From the NCBI GenBank assembly GCA_052145815.1, contig JBKQNU010000103.1:44836-108835 (forward strand): a DNA stretch of 64,000 nt. Reading direction: 5' to 3'. This document shows, piece after piece, positions 60,015 through 64,000 of the stretch. Under the pieces are notes generated by a model. It had not been told where the DNA came from. It did not search any database and was given only the letters and a program-made list of their open reading frames with translations. How positions within the stretch are numbered: position 1 is the stretch's first letter; every line of letters starts with the position of its first letter. The translations under genes and the position numbers were made by a program. The stretch is from Terracidiphilus sp. GTDB taxonomy: Bacteria; Acidobacteriota; Terriglobia; Terriglobales; Acidobacteriaceae.

Positions 60015-61409
60015 CTACGCAGTCACAGCCTCCAGCGTGCGCGCCTGTTCGTGTTCCTCTTCAACCTGGGTGAGCGATTCTTCCAGAATGTCGAGCGCCA
60101 CTGAGGCCTCTTCCTTGCGCACGATGAGTGGCGGACACAACCGCAGCGAAGTCTCGCCGCAGCCCAGAATCATCAGGCCTTTCTCGAACGCGATCGTCTC
60201 CACCCGGTTGCGCAGCGCGGCAGCCGGTTCGCGCGTCGCTTTGTCCCTCACCAGCTCGACGCCGATCATCAGACCCCGTCCGCGCACGTCGCCCACCAGC
60301 GGATGGCTGTGCTTCCAGCCATGCAGCCGCTCCAGCATGAACTCGCCCACATGGGCCGCGTTCTCGATGCCTTCACGCTCCAGGACATCCATGGTAGCCA
60401 GCGCCGCGGCAATCGAAATCGGGTTGCCGCCAAAAGTTGATGCATGCGAGCCCGGCACCCAGTTCATGATTTCCGCGCGGCTCATGCAGATGCCGAGCGG
60501 CATTCCAGAGGCGATGCCTTTGGCCATGCAGACGATATCCGGCTCTACGCCGGAATGTTCAATGGCCCACCACTTGCCCGTACGCCCCGAGCCCGACTGC
60601 ACCTCGTCCGCCACCAGCAGAATGCCGTGGCGATTGCAAATCGCGCGCAGCTCGCGCAGGAAGTTGTCCGGCGCCACCACGTAGCCGCCCTCGCCCTGGA
60701 TCGGCTCGATGAAGATGGCCGCCACTTCCTCCGGCGGAAGAATCGTCTTGAACAGCTTCTCCTCGATATAGCGCGCGCAGCCCATGCTGAAGGCTTCTTC
60801 TTCCTGCTGGCCGCCGCTACAACCGCGATAGGTATAGGGATAGCGGACGTGAGTCACGCCGGGAAGCATCGGGCCAAAGCGGCGTCTCTGCTGTGGCTTG
60901 GACGCCGTCAGCGAGAGCGCGCCCATGGTACGCCCGTGAAATCCGCCCAGGAAAGCAATCACATTCTGCCGCCCGGTGTGGTAGCGGGCCAGCTTGAGCG
61001 CGCATTCAATGGCCTCGGCGCCGGAGTTCCCATAGAAGAACTTGTGCGGCCCGGGCATGGGCGCCACAGCCGAAAGACGGTCCGCCAGATCGGTCAGCGG
61101 CTCATTGTAGAAGTCCGTTCCTGAAATGTGAATGAGCTCAGCTGCCTGCTTCTGAATGGCCGCCACCACTTCGGGATGGCAATGGCCAGTCGATGTAACG
61201 GCAATGCCTGCAGCAAAGTCGAGAAACTCGTTCCCGTCCACGTCTTCAATGCGGATGCCACGCCCGCGCTTTGCCACCAACGGATAGGAGCGCGTGTAGC
61301 TGGGCGAGATGAGCCGGCCATCCGCCTCGACGGCCGCCTTGGCCTTGGGCCCCGGCAGGGCCGTAATGAGCTTCGGACCGTATTGCGCGTACAGCTCTTG
61401 CTTGGTCAT
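60015..61409 (-). CDS. Class III PLP aminotransferase (acetylornithine/4-aminobutyrate family)
   Basis: NSGAEA, FHGRT, EPIQGEGG, DEVQSGSGRTG, AKG; GGAGG RBS. Confidence 0.92.
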   Translation of the reverse strand: MTKQELYAQYGPKLITALPGPKAKAAVEADGRLISPSYTRSYPLVAKRGRGIRIEDVDGNEFLDFAAGIAVTSTGHCHPEVVAAIQKQAAELIHISGTDFYNEPLTDLADRLSAVAPMPGPHKFFYGNSGAEAIECALKLARYHTGRQNVIAFLGGFHGRTMGALSLTASKPQQRRRFGPMLPGVTHVRYPYTYRGCSGGQQEEEAFSMGCARYIEEKLFKTILPPEEVAAIFIEPIQGEGGYVVAPDNFLRELRAICNRHGILLVADEVQSGSGRTGKWWAIEHSGVEPDIVCMAKGIASGMPLGICMSRAEIMNWVPGSHASTFGGNPISIAAALATMDVLEREGIENAAHVGEFMLERLHGWKHSHPLVGDVRGRGLMIGVELVRDKATREPAAALRNRVETIAFEKGLMILGCGETSLRLCPPLIVRKEEASVALDILEESLTQVEEEHEQARTLEAVTA

Positions 61410-61867
61410 CGTCTTGCCTCCTCGGCAGATTCGGTTCTGTGGCCCCGGTTGCCTGGATAGATAGGTGAGGCACGGCCCCGGACCCAGCGATGTGGGATCA
61501 ATCCATTTCTCTGTAGGCCCGCAAAGGTCGAAAAGAGCGGGTCGCAAAGTGCAATCGAAAATGTTCGGCAGACGGGAAGTTAGTCGCTTGCGAAGAGGCT
61601 AGGTCGAGTGCGCATGGGCAGCACGCACAGATGCCGTCGCGGGCAAATGCTGCGCTCGCGACTCCGCGACCAGCGCCTGGCGGCCGGTGCAAGCAGCATC
61701 GCGTTCGAAGTACGCCTGTGCATGGGAGATCCCGCTGGACTGAGGATAGCCCATTTTTACATCTTCTGTATAGATTCCTTATTGGGCCGGCGGCTTCCCA
61801 GCCTCGTCGAAGCCGCCCATTCGTCCGGCATCCTTGCCCAAGCAAGCAGCGCGATGCGCTTCGTTCG

Positions 61868-63448
61868 TTATTCGCAACCCGGCGGCAATCGCGGCGCGGG
61901 TACCGGCGGAGGCTGGTTCGCAATGTAGAAGAGGTCCCAGCTTGCTTTGTTGACCAACTCCTGCAGCGACAGGTTGCACGGAACCCCGTCGTCCGAACTG
62001 GAAGGACCATTTGTCTGCGCCCAAACAATGTCCGTGAAGTCGATATCCACCCACTGCATGGGGCCCGTTGCCGGGGTGCCCTGCGGCCATCCGTAATAGT
62101 CTTCGAATTCGGTCCCGTAGAAGAAGACCGCCAGCGTGTTGTATGCGGCCAACTCGGGGCTGATGCCCTTGCATTCCTTGGCCATCCTCTCCGCTTGCGT
62201 ACATCCCTGCCCCTCTCGGGTAGAGAGAATGTCGGTGGTCACGGACCAGTCGAATTCTGCACCACCGAGAAACGGCCATTGCGAATCGTTGGGAAGCCCG
62301 GTGAGCACCTTCACGCCGCCAACGCCGATCCCAGTGTCTCCGGTTTCGGGAGTCACCGCGCTCGAAGCCGTCATTCCGCCCACCTGGGTGGCCAGTTGGC
62401 GGCCGTTTTGGGTCGACAGGAAATAGGTCAGAATCTGCGTCTTGGCGTCACAGGACATGGGGTATGCCAAAGCGGTCGAGCAGTCGGCGGTGAATAGCCA
62501 GCTGGGGTTCTCGATAGTTTTGTCGTTGAACTCGGGAAAGTCATCGCCTGAGTCAGGACTCAAAAACAAGGTGACGTTCTTGAAGATCTCCTCGTAGGTC
62601 TGGATCGCTGTCACCCACTGCTCAACGAATATTTTATCGGAGTGCTGGTATTCGTAGGACGAAAGTTGATAGGAGTTTCCAATCAGCGTGCTCCACGCAT
62701 GGTCTGCTTTCACGCCCGGGCTCTGACGCGAACCGTTGAGGGTAGTGGGCAGAATCATTTCGGTGGAAGCGCAGATGGGTCCGGCAATGGCGATGGCGGC
62801 GAAATCCTTGTGGTCCTCGTACCTGTTGTTGACCTCGATCAGAAACTGCTGCCACCAATACTGGTAAATCGTACTCCAGGGCAGCGGCATCCTATGACCG
62901 TCGGCGTGCTGCACTTCTGGAAATTTGGAAAAAGTAACAAAGCCGCAATTGGGCACGGGAACGGGATCCCCGGCGCCAAAGAGCGTGTCGCAAGTGGGGA
63001 GAAGTCTGTCGAAAAGCCATGAGGGAGAATCGACCCCAGGCGTAAGGATCAGTTGCACCTGCTTGCCCGTCGCCTCGGCCTCAGTGAATACGTCGTCCAG
63101 ATAGCTCCAGTCGTCGCCGTTTTCATCCGTGCCAGGCTTGCAATCTTGCAAAGATGCACAGTCCGGGTCGCTTTTCTGGACGCGGTCCCAGTAGATTCCA
63201 AAGGTGATGCCGGCCACGCCCGGGTTGTTATTCAGCATGCCGTAATAGAGCATGCGAAGGTAAGTATGCTCGTCTTCATTCCCACCAGACTTGCGATACT
63301 TCCTGTAAGCTTTGATCGCGTTGTCGACAGAGACGTGAGCGTAAACGCCAAGCGGCGCCTTGTGATAGTCCTGCCCGTCAGCACGAGACAGGCCGGCCCC
63401 GGCCAGGAGTATGAAACCAAGGGCGGCGACAAGGTTGTTTTTGGACAT
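61868..63448 (-). CDS. Secreted Cys-rich hypothetical protein, TIM-barrel glycoside hydrolase-like
   Basis: Signal peptide; WDRVQ...DWSYLD...GKQVQL...SPSWL pattern; GGAGG RBS. Confidence 0.65.
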   Translation of the reverse strand: MSKNNLVAALGFILLAGAGLSRADGQDYHKAPLGVYAHVSVDNAIKAYRKYRKSGGNEDEHTYLRMLYYGMLNNNPGVAGITFGIYWDRVQKSDPDCASLQDCKPGTDENGDDWSYLDDVFTEAEATGKQVQLILTPGVDSPSWLFDRLLPTCDTLFGAGDPVPVPNCGFVTFSKFPEVQHADGHRMPLPWSTIYQYWWQQFLIEVNNRYEDHKDFAAIAIAGPICASTEMILPTTLNGSRQSPGVKADHAWSTLIGNSYQLSSYEYQHSDKIFVEQWVTAIQTYEEIFKNVTLFLSPDSGDDFPEFNDKTIENPSWLFTADCSTALAYPMSCDAKTQILTYFLSTQNGRQLATQVGGMTASSAVTPETGDTGIGVGGVKVLTGLPNDSQWPFLGGAEFDWSVTTDILSTREGQGCTQAERMAKECKGISPELAAYNTLAVFFYGTEFEDYYGWPQGTPATGPMQWVDIDFTDIVWAQTNGPSSSDDGVPCNLSLQELVNKASWDLFYIANQPPPVPAPRLPPGCE

Positions 63449-63684
63449 GATTGACCTCCAATTAGGAAGGTGCGGCGGGGAATTATGGCCGCAATACGGT
63501 TGACGTACCCGCTTGAGGGCCGAATTGTATCACGGAACTTCAGCTACTGGCTTCACCGTTTCAGCCCCCCGCCAATCTGCACGCTTCTCCTGCCAGCGCT
63601 TCGCGAGAAAAGGCAGTGCATGCAGAGCTCGGCAAGAACCGGGAAGCTCCCATGCGCCACTCAGGCTACGATTGAATCATCTCG

Positions 63685-64000
63685 ATGGCGAATCCCGCTC
63701 TCCAGCCTGCGCACCCCAAAAAGAAAGCGGCCGCGACCGCCTCCATCGTCCTCGCCTTCGCCAGCGTGTACTTTTTCTGGGGATCGACTTACACTGCGAT
63801 TCGCATTGGCGCTGCGGACATGCCGGCGCTTCTGCTTGCCGGGATACGCTTCCTGATCGCCGGCGCGATTCTGCTCGCATGGTGCCGCTGGCGCGGTTTG
63901 CGCCTGATCTGGCCTGCCGCAAACATGATGCGCCTCGCGCTAATTGGCCTTTTGCTGCTGGCCGGCGGCAACGTCGGCCTGGTCTTCGCCGAGCGCACCG
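63685..64000 (+). CDS. EamA/DMT transporter, 5' part (runs off the window)
   Basis: Manual translation ...AFASVYFFWGSTYTAIRIG...GIRFLIAG...GGNVGLVFAE. Confidence 0.85.
   Translation, partial: MANPALQPAHPKKKAAATASIVLAFASVYFFWGSTYTAIRIGAADMPALLLAGIRFLIAGAILLAWCRWRGLRLIWPAANMMRLALIGLLLLAGGNVGLVFAERT

Overview
GC-rich bacterial chromosome window, most likely Acidobacteriota (inferred from the large carboxypeptidase-domain TonB receptor, Crp/Fnr type and intergenic palindrome families). In order it holds: (1) a 17.6 kb nucleobase-nitrogen catabolism island with reductive pyrimidine genes (hydA fragment, preA, preT) and a complete purine route (guanine deaminase, xanthine dehydrogenase + XdhC/MocA, uricase, HIU hydrolase, OHCU decarboxylase, allantoinase, AllC, AllE, and an M20 enzyme resembling plant ureidoglycolate amidohydrolase); (2) Crp and hypothetical genes; (3) aromatic amino acid biosynthesis (trpC-trpF...trpB-trpA-CM-aroF-tyrA) interrupted by accessory genes; (4) a TonB receptor; (5) Phe/Tyr catabolism (lrp, hmgA, fahA, hppD, phhA) and Leu-type catabolism; (6) tRNA-Val(GAC); (7) a full ISC operon; (8) yraN, a class III aminotransferase, a secreted GH-like protein and a partial EamA gene. 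The most unusual items are two PIN/VapC genes coupled to large non-canonical partners ending in VapB-like tails (one with a consensus promoter and perfect operator, one cut by an amber codon), a RelB-ParE module coupled to an amber-interrupted PD-(D/E)XK nuclease, the plant-type UAH, a probable deleted cytochrome-c remnant, and four palindromic repeat types. Family assignments come from motif recognition only; no searches were run.
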